DNA from: a virus
Reading direction: 5' to 3' (one strand)
IMG/VR virus record: IMGVR_UViG_3300028454_000036
Length of the DNA stretch: 64,000 nucleotides
The notes under the pieces are model-generated. The model worked only from the letters and a program-made list of their open reading frames with translations. It did not search any database and had not been told where the DNA came from. Below are positions 46,452-56,287 of the stretch, one piece after another (the stretch's first letter is position 1; each line of letters starts with the position of its first letter). The translations under genes were made by a program, and so were the position numbers.

Positions 46452-47849
46452 ATGGTAGTAAGAGCTTCTAAGAAGTCCGCTCCTGCTCGCAAGACAATCA
46501 ATGCCGGAACAAGCATCAACTCCCAGGCACTTAATCGTCGCGCACGCAGAGCTGTAAACGCTTCCAACAACGTTAAGTTGACACCAGCCCAGATGCAGTT
46601 TGCTCAGCAGCTGAAGAACAACTGCCGGAGAATGTCTGCTGTAACAGCAGCAACCAACACCTCAAACATCATGGCTCGCCCAGATTTCCTTGAGATGTTG
46701 CCATTGTTCGTTCAGAACTTGTTAGTAGAGGAAGTTTTCGGTACTGTTGCAATGAAGTCCCGTCAGCAATTGGTTCCTTACTTCAAGTTTATCGCAGAGA
46801 ACACCAAGGGTGAGACCGCTAAGGGTCAGATCCTTTCTAGCCCATTTGTAAACCGTCAGGGTATTGATCCTAACTTCACCGGACGCGTAGTTAAGAATGA
46901 AGCAGTAGATGCTGCTACTCTTGCATACGTTCCAGTACTTCCAGGATCTGTTTCCATCTCCGTTACCGCAGCAGGCGGTGCTGTTACTAAGTTAGTTGAC
47001 GACGGTGCAGGAAACTTAGTTGACGCTACTGGTACTTCCGCAGGTACCATCAATTACGCAACCGGTGCTATCTCAGGTGTAACTGGTCAGCTTTCCGCTA
47101 CTTATCAGTATGATAACGAGACTGTTGGTCCAGATGCAAATGGCAACTATGGCGCTAAGATGGCAAAGGGTTACTTACAGTTAGATGAGTTCAATATCGT
47201 AGCAGAAGCACATGAGATCGCTTGCTACTGGAGCATCTTCTCTGCATTCGCAGCTTCTACCGAGTACGGTACTAACTTAGGTGACACTGCTAAGGAAGCA
47301 GCTATCTCCGAGTTAACAGCTGAGATCAACGAGATTGCATTCCAGAAGTTAGATGAAGCAGCTAAGTACAATCCTCAGTTCAACTGGGACGCTTCTCCAG
47401 TATTATCCGGTGCAGTAGTACCTTCTGATTACCTCAACATGTTCAAGTTAAAACTTGGCCAGGCAGCAGCTTCTATCTACCAGGCAACAAGATTAACTCG
47501 TCCGAACAAGTTGGTAGTAGGTACTAACGCAGCTGAGTTCATCTCAATGATCGATGGATTCCAGGCAGCAGACATCGCAGATACCGTAGGACCTTACAAG
47601 TACGGTAAGTTGGATCAGTTCGACATCTACGTAGATCCGAACTACGAGTCCAATAAATGGGTAATGTCCTGCAAGTCTAACGACATTCGTAGAAATTCCG
47701 GCCTGTTCGGAATGTATATGCCTATCGCATCTACTGATGCTATCGGACTTGCAGATGCATCCATCCAGCAGGGTCATGCAACAATGTTCGGCTGCAAGAT
47801 CGTAAACCCAGCTACTTGCGTATCTGGTAAGATCTTAGGAACTTTCTAA
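46452..47849 (+). CDS. major capsid protein (T4 gp23-like HK97 fold)
   Basis: follows the protease; ELTAEINE, G.L..FDIYVDP, YMP; biased codon usage typical of high expression. Confidence 0.85.
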   Translation: MVVRASKKSAPARKTINAGTSINSQALNRRARRAVNASNNVKLTPAQMQFAQQLKNNCRRMSAVTAATNTSNIMARPDFLEMLPLFVQNLLVEEVFGTVAMKSRQQLVPYFKFIAENTKGETAKGQILSSPFVNRQGIDPNFTGRVVKNEAVDAATLAYVPVLPGSVSISVTAAGGAVTKLVDDGAGNLVDATGTSAGTINYATGAISGVTGQLSATYQYDNETVGPDANGNYGAKMAKGYLQLDEFNIVAEAHEIACYWSIFSAFAASTEYGTNLGDTAKEAAISELTAEINEIAFQKLDEAAKYNPQFNWDASPVLSGAVVPSDYLNMFKLKLGQAAASIYQATRLTRPNKLVVGTNAAEFISMIDGFQAADIADTVGPYKYGKLDQFDIYVDPNYESNKWVMSCKSNDIRRNSGLFGMYMPIASTDAIGLADASIQQGHATMFGCKIVNPATCVSGKILGTF

Positions 47850-47917
47850 TAGCCTTCTCACCTATTAGATTAGAAGAACTTCAACAATTTCCATATTTTC
47901 GCGTGAATCTCAACAAT

Positions 47918-47948
47918 GAGCGGTCTGCCGAAAGGTAGGCCGCTTTTA
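47918..47948 (+). terminator. intrinsic terminator after the MCP gene
   Basis: GAGCGGTCTGCC-GAAA-GGTAGGCCGCTTTT. Confidence 0.85.
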
Positions 47949-47955
47949 GTGTGTA

Positions 47956-47963
47956 AATCGTTA
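47956..47963 (+). promoter_or_regulatory. AATCGTTA motif
   Basis: 25 nt before the ATG at 47988. Confidence 0.65.
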
Positions 47964-47987
47964 TGTTTACACAGGAGGAATACAATT

Positions 47988-49991
47988 ATGCCAGGTATAG
48001 GACCAAACATCATTCGAACATGTGTAGTATGCGGGGAGAAGTTTCATCCGAAGTCTACACGTCAGCAATCATGTAACAAGCCGATTGAACTTACTTGTCC
48101 TATCTGCGGTAAGAAGTATCCTGGAATCTGTACAGTTGCTCGTCAGAAAGCTACTTGTAGTCCTGAATGTCAGGTTAAGATGATAAAACAAAAGAGAGAA
48201 GCATCTGCGAAGCTGTCGAAAAAGATCTGCAAGTGGTGCGGAAAGGAATTCATTCCTAAGACGGTTAGAGATGAATACTGTCAGGATACTCATTATCAGA
48301 CTTGCGTAGTATGTGGGAAAGAGTTCGTCATTGAGCCTCGTAAAGATAAAACCGTCAAGACTTGTTCAAAAGAATGCCGATATATAGAAGCAACTCGCAA
48401 TAAAGACGTAGATGCAATGAAAGAGAATCTCAAACAGACTATGCTTGCGAAGTACGGTGTTGAAAATATCATGCATCTTGATGGTATTTCCGAACGCATC
48501 AAGCAAACAAATCTCGAGAGATACGGAACAGAGTGGTACACACAGACAGCTGAGTACAAGGAGAGAGTCAAAGAAACTGATTTAGAAAAGTATGGTGTGG
48601 AGCATCACTTGCAATCACCCGAGGTTCTAGAAAAGAGGAAAGAAACAGTCCAAAGAGTCTATGGAGTAGATAATGTATTCCAGAATGAGGCTATTAAAGA
48701 GAAATCCAGGGAGTCTTGCATAGAGCGATTCGGGGTTCCGTGGGCTACGCAAAATGAGGATATCAAGGAGCAGACGAGAGAAACTAACTTTGCTAAGTAC
48801 GGAGCCGCGCATCCAATGATGCTGAAGGAGTTTCAAGATAAAGCAGCTGCTACTAATGAGAGATTATATGGCCGGAAGGCATATACTCAGCAGCACATTA
48901 GTAAAATTGAAGAATGGTATCAATTCATCGATGATCCGAAATCGTTCACTGAGTCACACTTTGAATATCCCCCATCTTCACAGGCGTTGAGTCAATATTT
49001 TAATGTAGACCTATCTACCATTGATCTGTACTTAACATCCAGGGAGGGGTGGGGAGCTATCTGCACAAGGAAGAGCAGGATGGAAGAAGAGATCGGGCAA
49101 TTCATACATTCTATCAGGCCTGATGTCACTATTGTGCACAATGACAGAGCAACTATTACTCCATTAGAACTAGATATACTAGTCCCTGAAATGAAATTTG
49201 CTATTGAGTGCAATCCTACATGTACGCATAACTCATCTGCTTTCGACCCATGGGGAGGGGAACCTAAGTCGATTCGCTACCATATGCACAAAACGGATGA
49301 ATGCGAAAAGAAGGGCATTATGTTATTCCATGTGTTTGGATATGAATGGACACACAAGTCAGATATTATACTTGGTATGATTTCTAACTTGTTGAAATCC
49401 AATAGCTCTAAGATTTACGCAAGGAAATGCACAATCAGCGAAGTTAGCGGACCTGAAGCTTCTGCATTTCTCAATGCTAACCATCGCCAAGGGGCTGCTA
49501 ATTCATCCATACGACTCGGGCTATACTATGAAGGCGAATTAGTTTCTCTTATGACCTTTGGAAAGATGCGGGCAACTATCGGCTCCCCTGCAGAAGACGG
49601 GACATTCGAGCTAGTGCGCTTCTGCTCCAAGCTAGGCACAACAGTTACCGGTGGTGCATCTAGGCTATTTAAACATTTCATCGACCAGTACTCGCCTTCG
49701 GGTGTAATATCATTTTCAGATAGAGCGCATACATCAGGCACATTGTATCCTTCGTTAGGATTCACAGAGATTAGAAGAAGTGATCCAGGATACGTCTGGG
49801 TAGAAGTAGCTAGCGACAGAGCGTACAATCGTGTCAACGCACAGAAGAGTCACATCAAGGATTTTCTGAAAGATCCTAACATTGATATCTCCCGGACAGA
49901 GCGAGAGATAATGGAAGAACACGGATTCGTGAGGGTATTTGACTCAGGAACTATCACTTGGGAATGGACACCTGAATCGTTATACAGGTAG
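47988..49991 (+). CDS. free-standing putative homing endonuclease: Zn-ribbon repeats, (K/R)YG repeats, PD-(D/E)XK domain and GNAT-like C-terminus
   Basis: CVVCGxxF repeats; about 7 KYG/RYG-type repeats; ELDI..FAIECN..H; ELVRFC..GGASRLF..SDR..GTLY..LGF. Confidence 0.75.
   Translation: MPGIGPNIIRTCVVCGEKFHPKSTRQQSCNKPIELTCPICGKKYPGICTVARQKATCSPECQVKMIKQKREASAKLSKKICKWCGKEFIPKTVRDEYCQDTHYQTCVVCGKEFVIEPRKDKTVKTCSKECRYIEATRNKDVDAMKENLKQTMLAKYGVENIMHLDGISERIKQTNLERYGTEWYTQTAEYKERVKETDLEKYGVEHHLQSPEVLEKRKETVQRVYGVDNVFQNEAIKEKSRESCIERFGVPWATQNEDIKEQTRETNFAKYGAAHPMMLKEFQDKAAATNERLYGRKAYTQQHISKIEEWYQFIDDPKSFTESHFEYPPSSQALSQYFNVDLSTIDLYLTSREGWGAICTRKSRMEEEIGQFIHSIRPDVTIVHNDRATITPLELDILVPEMKFAIECNPTCTHNSSAFDPWGGEPKSIRYHMHKTDECEKKGIMLFHVFGYEWTHKSDIILGMISNLLKSNSSKIYARKCTISEVSGPEASAFLNANHRQGAANSSIRLGLYYEGELVSLMTFGKMRATIGSPAEDGTFELVRFCSKLGTTVTGGASRLFKHFIDQYSPSGVISFSDRAHTSGTLYPSLGFTEIRRSDPGYVWVEVASDRAYNRVNAQKSHIKDFLKDPNIDISRTEREIMEEHGFVRVFDSGTITWEWTPESLYR
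49975..49982 (+). promoter_or_regulatory. AATCGTTA motif
   Basis: 32 nt before the ATG at 50014. Confidence 0.6.
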
Positions 49992-50013
49992 AAGAATATG
50001 GAGGGTAACTTGA

Positions 50014-50337
50014 ATGAATGACCAGATTAAGATCAAGAAAGGAATCGGAGAAGCCATATCGACTCAGCTAGATGTATTGAACAAATTTCAGCCTGATTCA
50101 TACATTTCAATGATGCATGACGGCGAAAGCGGAGCAACATGTTGGAGCTTAGTAGGAGATAGAAGCTCAGTATCTGCAGCTTTGCATGAGCTTCTGCTTT
50201 GCGCTCTAGATAGTTCGCCACTTGAAACGGAATACGCAGTAGCTGTTTTCTTAGAGGGATTGACTCCGGAGCAACATGCCGAATTAAATAGTGCGATAAT
50301 GCACGCTAGAAAGATGAAAGAGGAAGGAAAGTTATGA
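50014..50337 (+). CDS. hypothetical protein
   Basis: GGAGG RBS. Confidence 0.7.
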   Translation: MNDQIKIKKGIGEAISTQLDVLNKFQPDSYISMMHDGESGATCWSLVGDRSSVSAALHELLLCALDSSPLETEYAVAVFLEGLTPEQHAELNSAIMHARKMKEEGKL

Positions 50338-50696
50338 AGATGATTGATGAGAATAAGTTAGTGCTTGCACTGACAGAGGTGACAACTAATATCGCAGCGC
50401 TAGCAACGCTATTAGAATCAAAGGGAATAATTACTTCTCAAGAGTTCTTTGATAAGCAGCAGGAAGTTAGATCAAAAAGCGACGGCTACAAACAGGCAGT
50501 CCGAAACGTGGAGCTCGCAACTTTATTATCGAATACTGAAATGGACGATAAGGAGTGGGAAGCTAAGGTCAGAGAGAAACTAGCTGAGTTCGGACTAGCC
50601 GGTGACGAACTTGATAAAGCTGCAAGCAATGCAAAGACATCTAGATTCTTTTCTTCGCTCGTATCGAAGGGAGATTTATTCGGTAAGCAGCCATAA
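50334..50696 (+). CDS. hypothetical protein
   Basis: ATGA overlap. Confidence 0.7.
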   Translation: MKMIDENKLVLALTEVTTNIAALATLLESKGIITSQEFFDKQQEVRSKSDGYKQAVRNVELATLLSNTEMDDKEWEAKVREKLAEFGLAGDELDKAASNAKTSRFFSSLVSKGDLFGKQP

Positions 50697-50714
50697 GAAA
50701 GTGAGGTGTGTTAG

Positions 50715-51242
50715 ATGGCGAAACAAACAAGAAATGAATTCTACGAATCAGAGAAGGCATGGCTACAAGATAGGATCAAAGCTAAGCAGCGTGAATCCCA
50801 TATAGCAAACGCTCAGAACGGAGGAGCAAAGACTCTTGGAACAGCAGCACTTTTCTGTTTCATCGGATTCTTTTGGTTTTCTCTATATGATAGTATATCA
50901 TGGGGACTATTCATCATTCTAGGCATATTTCATGCAGGAGTAGGTGTTCTTGGTGTAATTGAGGGCATCTTTCAGTTGAAGACATCAGGTGATAGTTATG
51001 AGATATACCGTAAGTACAGTTCAGTAGAAGAGCGTGACATAGAGGACATGGAATGGGAACGAATTATGCGTGACCCTGCTCTATGCACATATCACTGCTC
51101 ATTGTTTGATCGTTGCTACAGAGAGCGGACTCACATTCCAGATAGCTGCTGCGAGTGCGAAGCTAGATATAATGGAAGATATAGATGTGTAGACGGTAAA
51201 CACTACGACGCACCTACCTTCAAAGAAGATGACCTAGAATAA
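50715..51242 (+). CDS. membrane protein (2 TM) with a Cys-rich C-terminus
   Basis: two hydrophobic segments; GAGGTG RBS. Confidence 0.7.
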   Translation: MAKQTRNEFYESEKAWLQDRIKAKQRESHIANAQNGGAKTLGTAALFCFIGFFWFSLYDSISWGLFIILGIFHAGVGVLGVIEGIFQLKTSGDSYEIYRKYSSVEERDIEDMEWERIMRDPALCTYHCSLFDRCYRERTHIPDSCCECEARYNGRYRCVDGKHYDAPTFKEDDLE

Positions 51243-51249
51243 ATCGTTA
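51242..51249 (+). promoter_or_regulatory. AATCGTTA motif
   Basis: intergenic copy. Confidence 0.55.
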
Positions 51250-51299
51250 AGTAAGCGTAACTTGAGATCAACGTGCGAAAAAGAAGAGAGGAACAACAC

Positions 51300-51713
51300 A
51301 TGAAATCACTTGAATGGGTTTTGTCTCACATGGATGAGTTAGAAACTACTCTTGACGACCGTGTAGGGCGTCGCTTAGTTCAGTTTGCATCTGACGAGCA
51401 GCTGAAGGAGTTAGGATACACTTATACAGGGGAAGAAAAGCGAACTGTAGTTGAATGGAACGAAGAAAACATCATCAAGCAGCTGAGAGACGATGTCGAA
51501 TTCGGCATTGAGAAAGCAACAAATCACAGAGGCATCAGTTCATCTTTGATGTATGAAGTATGCAACACGTGGTGCAAGATTCTAGAGAATGATTTAGTTG
51601 ACTGCGACTACGGATGGAATGGACATAACATGTTCCAGAAGCTAGACGAAAAATATAACCTTGGATTGAACGCATCTCAGGAGTTTAGCGGAGATTTCTT
51701 TGAGGAGTGGTAA
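51300..51713 (+). CDS. hypothetical protein
   Basis: ATG at 51300 after GAGG. Confidence 0.7.
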   Translation: MKSLEWVLSHMDELETTLDDRVGRRLVQFASDEQLKELGYTYTGEEKRTVVEWNEENIIKQLRDDVEFGIEKATNHRGISSSLMYEVCNTWCKILENDLVDCDYGWNGHNMFQKLDEKYNLGLNASQEFSGDFFEEW

Positions 51714-51714
51714 T

Positions 51715-52152
51715 ATGAAGATCACATGGAATGATTATGAGGAGTTTCCAGACGGATCCAAGTCAAGTCATTGCGACGCTGTTGTAGAGATTGGCGGTAC
51801 GGTATATGACGGAATCTGGATTGTAGATCATACAACCCTGCAGCAGATGGAAGATGATAGGTTTGTAGGGCGGACTGTTCGCTACGCTTATGATGTCTAT
51901 ATGGGACCATTCATGGACTTCCATGTAGATCCTAATTCAACCCTGAACGCAGGTAGGTTGTGGGAAGGTACTCCTGAGCATACTATCGATGATGTGAAGC
52001 GCATGGTAGAAGATGCAATCATTAAGAAATTCACATTCGATTATGAGGAGAGGAAGGCGGAAGTGCTCGCTCACCTTGAGCAGCAGCGCCTGGACATGGA
52101 AGAAGTCCTAGCCTTCAAGAAACAAAGAGATGATAGTGAGGTAACATCATGA
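51715..52152 (+). CDS. hypothetical protein
   Basis: ATG at 51715 after GAGGAG. Confidence 0.7.
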   Translation: MKITWNDYEEFPDGSKSSHCDAVVEIGGTVYDGIWIVDHTTLQQMEDDRFVGRTVRYAYDVYMGPFMDFHVDPNSTLNAGRLWEGTPEHTIDDVKRMVEDAIIKKFTFDYEERKAEVLAHLEQQRLDMEEVLAFKKQRDDSEVTS

Positions 52153-52388
52153 ATCAGAGAGAAATTATCGCAGGATTGTTAAGTGAAGTAGACAATTCAT
52201 TTGTCATTGTAGAAGCTACCGGAGCTGCTGCAGTAGTCAGTGGGGAGCTTGAGGAGTGGGAGCATGCTTATTTCGTTATCGGAATTCCATTCGAAGACGT
52301 AGTCGAGGTATTCAAGGATATTGAGAACCATCAGGTGCGCATTGTAAGAGTAGGATCCGGAGACGTTTGCTTAGTTTCCATTGACTAA
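52149..52388 (+). CDS. hypothetical protein
   Basis: ATGA overlap. Confidence 0.65.
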   Translation: MNQREIIAGLLSEVDNSFVIVEATGAAAVVSGELEEWEHAYFVIGIPFEDVVEVFKDIENHQVRIVRVGSGDVCLVSID

Positions 52389-52405
52389 TTAGCAGGAGGC
52401 TGCAC

Positions 52406-52591
52406 ATGGATCGCAATCACAGATATTCTATTCGAGTAGGGGACGAGGAATTCCTGTTGATGAAAGAGGAAGCAGATAGAATCGGCGGGCGTGTATCCGA
52501 CGTTATTCGCCTTGCTCTGCAATCTTATTTTCAAGGTAAGGCAGATATGGACTGCAAACTTCAAGGCATCAATGCGTGGCGAGAGCATTAG
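52406..52591 (+). CDS. ribbon-helix-helix (CopG/Arc-like) DNA-binding protein
   Basis: YSIRV..EE..MKEEA..G..VSDVIRLAL. Confidence 0.65.
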   Translation: MDRNHRYSIRVGDEEFLLMKEEADRIGGRVSDVIRLALQSYFQGKADMDCKLQGINAWREH

Positions 52592-52608
52592 GACAAAGGG
52601 AACTAGAG

Positions 52609-52758
52609 ATGAGATACACTGTAACTATTACTATGAATAAGGACATGTCGGAAGCAGCACTCAGGGAGCTCATCAAGACTATGTTGATGAGGAAGTTTTA
52701 TCCTGAGTTCATTGCTACTAGTGTACATGTCACTAAGGAAAACAAGGAGAACAACTAA
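52609..52758 (+). CDS. small hypothetical protein
   Basis: short ORF filling the gap. Confidence 0.5.
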   Translation: MRYTVTITMNKDMSEAALRELIKTMLMRKFYPEFIATSVHVTKENKENN

Positions 52759-53102
52759 TGGAAGAGAAAGAAAAGTTAAGAATCATGAAGCTCGTGTTTG
52801 ATGCGTTTCACGAGATATGCTCCACATTCTCTCTATCAGAGGAGGTAGGCAAGTCCGTCATCTCTTTAGAGGGACGTATGATCGAACCTGTACTTCGGTT
52901 ATCACTCTTTCCTGGAGACGACATCACAGAAGATGACCTTTATCGTATCTGTTCGATGAAGTCATATCAGGAGCTAGAAACTGACTACCAGATTTTCATT
53001 GAGTATAATACTGGGGCTCTATCAGAAGGCGAGGAGTCGCGTATTGTCCGCGGAATAATTTACATTTCTGTACTTGAGAGGGAGGGCAACACAAGTGACT
53101 AA
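52758..53102 (+). CDS. hypothetical protein
   Basis: AAGGAG RBS. Confidence 0.7.
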   Translation: MEEKEKLRIMKLVFDAFHEICSTFSLSEEVGKSVISLEGRMIEPVLRLSLFPGDDITEDDLYRICSMKSYQELETDYQIFIEYNTGALSEGEESRIVRGIIYISVLEREGNTSD

Positions 53103-53358
53103 CGAGCAGATACTATCTTCTGTTATCGCAGCATGCAGAGAGATCCATAGCGACTTCATGGTCGCACCAATCGCAGATCCACAAGTAGTAGTTGATTCTG
53201 CACTCATTGATGTAGCAGCTGGATTTCAGGTTGTAGGGATTCCTTCAGATAAGATTCCTACTCTTTACTATTCAGAAGCATTGACTGCAGTAAGGGAAGA
53301 GCATCGTGTTTTCATCATGCCAGGAAGCGACTTTCTGCTGTATATCGCTATCGCATAA
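53095..53358 (+). CDS. hypothetical protein
   Basis: GTG start after GGAGG. Confidence 0.65.
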   Translation: MTNEQILSSVIAACREIHSDFMVAPIADPQVVVDSALIDVAAGFQVVGIPSDKIPTLYYSEALTAVREEHRVFIMPGSDFLLYIAIA

Positions 53359-53376
53359 ACACATGTAGGAGACAAT

Positions 53377-55188
53377 ATGATAAGTATACTTCAATCAGGA
53401 GATAAATACGAAGTACGTTTTCCATATGATCCGCACATAGTTGAATTGGTTAAGCAAGCCCCAGGCCGCACATGGAATCCAGATGGTAAGTTTTGGACAA
53501 TCCCTGCTGCGCGCTTGGGCTTTTTGTTAGCTCAATTCAAGGGGACACAATATGAGAAGCAAGTAGTTATCCAGTCAAACGAGAATATAAACGTCAACGC
53601 GTCAATAGATGGCCCTAACCAGATACCTAACATCGACGTCTCTGAATATAAGTATCGCGTACAGAAGGGGCTGTATCCATACAAGCATCAGATAGATTCG
53701 CTGAAAGTTGCAAAATGGCGATATGAGAATGGATTGCGATCTGGATTCATACTAGCTGACCAGCCGGGCGCAGCTAAGACGTGTCAGGTAATGAATATCG
53801 GACTATACATGCGTCAGTTTCACAACATGAAACACTGCTTGATTATCGCATGTGTTAACAGTGCTAAATTTAACTGGATAGATGATATAGTGAAGCACAC
53901 TAACGGAGAGGAAACGCCTTACCTTCTAGGCACTAGATTGACTCGGAAGGGCACCGTCAGGAAGCAAGAAGCAACTACTCAGGAGAAGCTTGATGATCTC
54001 CTATCCATGACAATGTACAATGATGGATCCACTCCGCTACCTTTCTTCTTAGTAGTCAATATCGAAGCAATTCGGATGCGAGTAGGGAAGAAGTATCCAT
54101 TCGCTGATAGGCTAATCGAGATGATTCACTCTAAAGAGATTGGTATGATAGCCTTAGATGAAATTCATCACAATTCCAGTATGGAATCAATGCAAGGAAA
54201 ACAGTTGCTACGAGTCAAGAAGTCTACAACAGAAGCTATGTGGATTCCGATGACAGGTACGCCAATCACATCTAAGCCTACAGATGCTTTCTTGCCGATG
54301 CGACTTGTTGATGCACATCAATCAAACAGCTACTGGCAGTGGTGTCAAGAGTACTGCATCTACGGAGGATTCGGAGGACATGAAATCATCGGATACAGAA
54401 ATGTCCCTAAGTTGAAGGATATGCTTCAGCCGAATATGCTCAGACGGTTGAAGAAGGACATCCTGGACTTACCTCCTAAAATCCATTTCACAGAATACAT
54501 TGAAAACTCACCTTGTCAGAAGCGACTTTATGCTAAGATATCAGGTGAGGTGTCTGGATCAAAAGAGAAGATCAAGCACTCGCTGAATCCACTCTCTGAG
54601 TTCCTGAGACTGCGTCAGGTAAACGGATCACCGGAGCTTGTTGACCCGTCAATCGCATTAGACAAGACCTACTTGTCAAAGAATGCAAAGCTTGCGAGAT
54701 TGTTGCAATTACTGGACGATATACTGGCGGATCCAGACGAAAAGGTGGTTATTTTCTCCAATTGGGTAGAACCGCTTCGCACCTTATATAGGTTCATCAG
54801 CCAGCGATACAAGATTTGTTGTTATACTGGCACGATGAAGCCTGCGGTTCGTGAAAAACACAAGAAAGTGTTCATCACCAATCCTAACTATCGTATCATG
54901 ATAGGAACCGTCGGCGCATTAGGTACATCGCATACACTTACAGTTGCTCGAAACGTTATATTCTATGATAGCCCATGGAACCCTTCGGATATTGAGCAAT
55001 GTGAAGACAGATGCCATAGACCGGGTAGTACACAGTCAGTAAACGTGTATACACTGATAACACGAGACACTGTAGACGAGAAGGTCCATGCTCTTCTTTC
55101 AAAGAAGGAAGGCACAGCGAAGTACATTGTGGATGATACGCTAGACATCAGAAATCATCCAGAGATATTGGATTACTTATTAGAGTAG
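53377..55188 (+). CDS. SNF2-family helicase with an N-terminal HARP-like domain
   Basis: FPYD..VK..PGRTW..K.W; LADQPGAAKT; DEIH; TGTP; LRRLK; QCEDRCHR. Confidence 0.85.
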   Translation: MISILQSGDKYEVRFPYDPHIVELVKQAPGRTWNPDGKFWTIPAARLGFLLAQFKGTQYEKQVVIQSNENINVNASIDGPNQIPNIDVSEYKYRVQKGLYPYKHQIDSLKVAKWRYENGLRSGFILADQPGAAKTCQVMNIGLYMRQFHNMKHCLIIACVNSAKFNWIDDIVKHTNGEETPYLLGTRLTRKGTVRKQEATTQEKLDDLLSMTMYNDGSTPLPFFLVVNIEAIRMRVGKKYPFADRLIEMIHSKEIGMIALDEIHHNSSMESMQGKQLLRVKKSTTEAMWIPMTGTPITSKPTDAFLPMRLVDAHQSNSYWQWCQEYCIYGGFGGHEIIGYRNVPKLKDMLQPNMLRRLKKDILDLPPKIHFTEYIENSPCQKRLYAKISGEVSGSKEKIKHSLNPLSEFLRLRQVNGSPELVDPSIALDKTYLSKNAKLARLLQLLDDILADPDEKVVIFSNWVEPLRTLYRFISQRYKICCYTGTMKPAVREKHKKVFITNPNYRIMIGTVGALGTSHTLTVARNVIFYDSPWNPSDIEQCEDRCHRPGSTQSVNVYTLITRDTVDEKVHALLSKKEGTAKYIVDDTLDIRNHPEILDYLLE

Positions 55189-55201
55189 GAGGAAATAAAG
55201 T

Positions 55202-56008
55202 ATGAAGATCTATTCTTCTAGAGTTGACGATGTCCGTCAGCGTCGTAAAGAGTGGGAAGATCGCTACAGACCACTCAAGGAGAAGAACGATGCGGAGAAT
55301 AAAGCATGGCGAGAAGCTGATAGGGCTATCATGCGAGATATCGAGCAGGAAACTGCACAAGCTATTGGTCCTGTAGCTATTGACCTCAACATCCATGCTG
55401 GATATGGATTTTCCATGAGCAGTGCGCGCTATCGAATTGAGGTGGAGCACAATAACCAATTGGGAGATTCGGGCAAGAATGCAGCATTGCGTTGGAGCAT
55501 GACCGTTGAGCTCGATGAGGATGGCCATGTAGCTAAGGAGACATCTTCTTGGTCAGGATTACAAGCAGTTACTCCTGAGCAGATTGAGGACCTGAAGGAA
55601 TCTGTACGAGTAATTGAGAAGCTCAATCAGATTGATTGGAAGCCTATCTTAGATAAAGCAGTTCCTCAGTATAGTGACTATATTGATAAGGAGAATAGCG
55701 ACGAGCTTCGCAAGATGGACAGCGAGAAGCCTAACTTCGATAAGGAAGAGAGACTAGCTGCTATTGAAGATGCTGCTGAGTCCGGAGCTTGGATCAAGAT
55801 GAAAGGCCGCCCAGAGACAGATTACTATCGTGGATCTAGTTCAGGTCGTTACGTCGTTCGCATCGACAAGCTGACACCTAAGTTTGCTACCGTACATATC
55901 ACTACGACAGGAGAAGACGGTCAGCCAATCGAACAGTATCAGACAGATGAGCGAATCGGCATTGATAAGCTGCTGAGATACATTCCTTACCCAGTAGAGA
56001 CAGTATAG
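55202..56008 (+). CDS. hypothetical protein with a short leader variant (MKIYSS)
   Basis: AGGAGG RBS; first gene of the second leader cluster. Confidence 0.7.
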   Translation: MKIYSSRVDDVRQRRKEWEDRYRPLKEKNDAENKAWREADRAIMRDIEQETAQAIGPVAIDLNIHAGYGFSMSSARYRIEVEHNNQLGDSGKNAALRWSMTVELDEDGHVAKETSSWSGLQAVTPEQIEDLKESVRVIEKLNQIDWKPILDKAVPQYSDYIDKENSDELRKMDSEKPNFDKEERLAAIEDAAESGAWIKMKGRPETDYYRGSSSGRYVVRIDKLTPKFATVHITTTGEDGQPIEQYQTDERIGIDKLLRYIPYPVETV

Positions 56009-56016
56009 GAGGTAGA

Positions 56017-56286
56017 GTGATGAAGAAATTTACAGTAAGTCCTAAGCAGCGTGTTACTGCTGCTGAAGAAACAACAGTAGATGATAAGTTGCAAGCTGCT
56101 ATAGATGTAACTGATGATAACTTCGCTTTCGTCATTGACGGAATCAACAAGATTTCAGCAGACGGATATCCAGCAGATGCTCAGATGATTCTAGATACTC
56201 TCGATGATGCAATCAATTCAGCTATTGCACAGGTATCTGCTATCTTAGCTTCCGGAGCAGAAGCACCTGCAGAGGAGGAGGAGTAG
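56017..56286 (+). CDS. leader-family protein (MMKKFTVSPKQRVTAA), acidic
   Basis: basic leader followed by VTAA. Confidence 0.75.
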   Translation: MMKKFTVSPKQRVTAAEETTVDDKLQAAIDVTDDNFAFVIDGINKISADGYPADAQMILDTLDDAINSAIAQVSAILASGAEAPAEEEE

Positions 56287-56287
56287 C

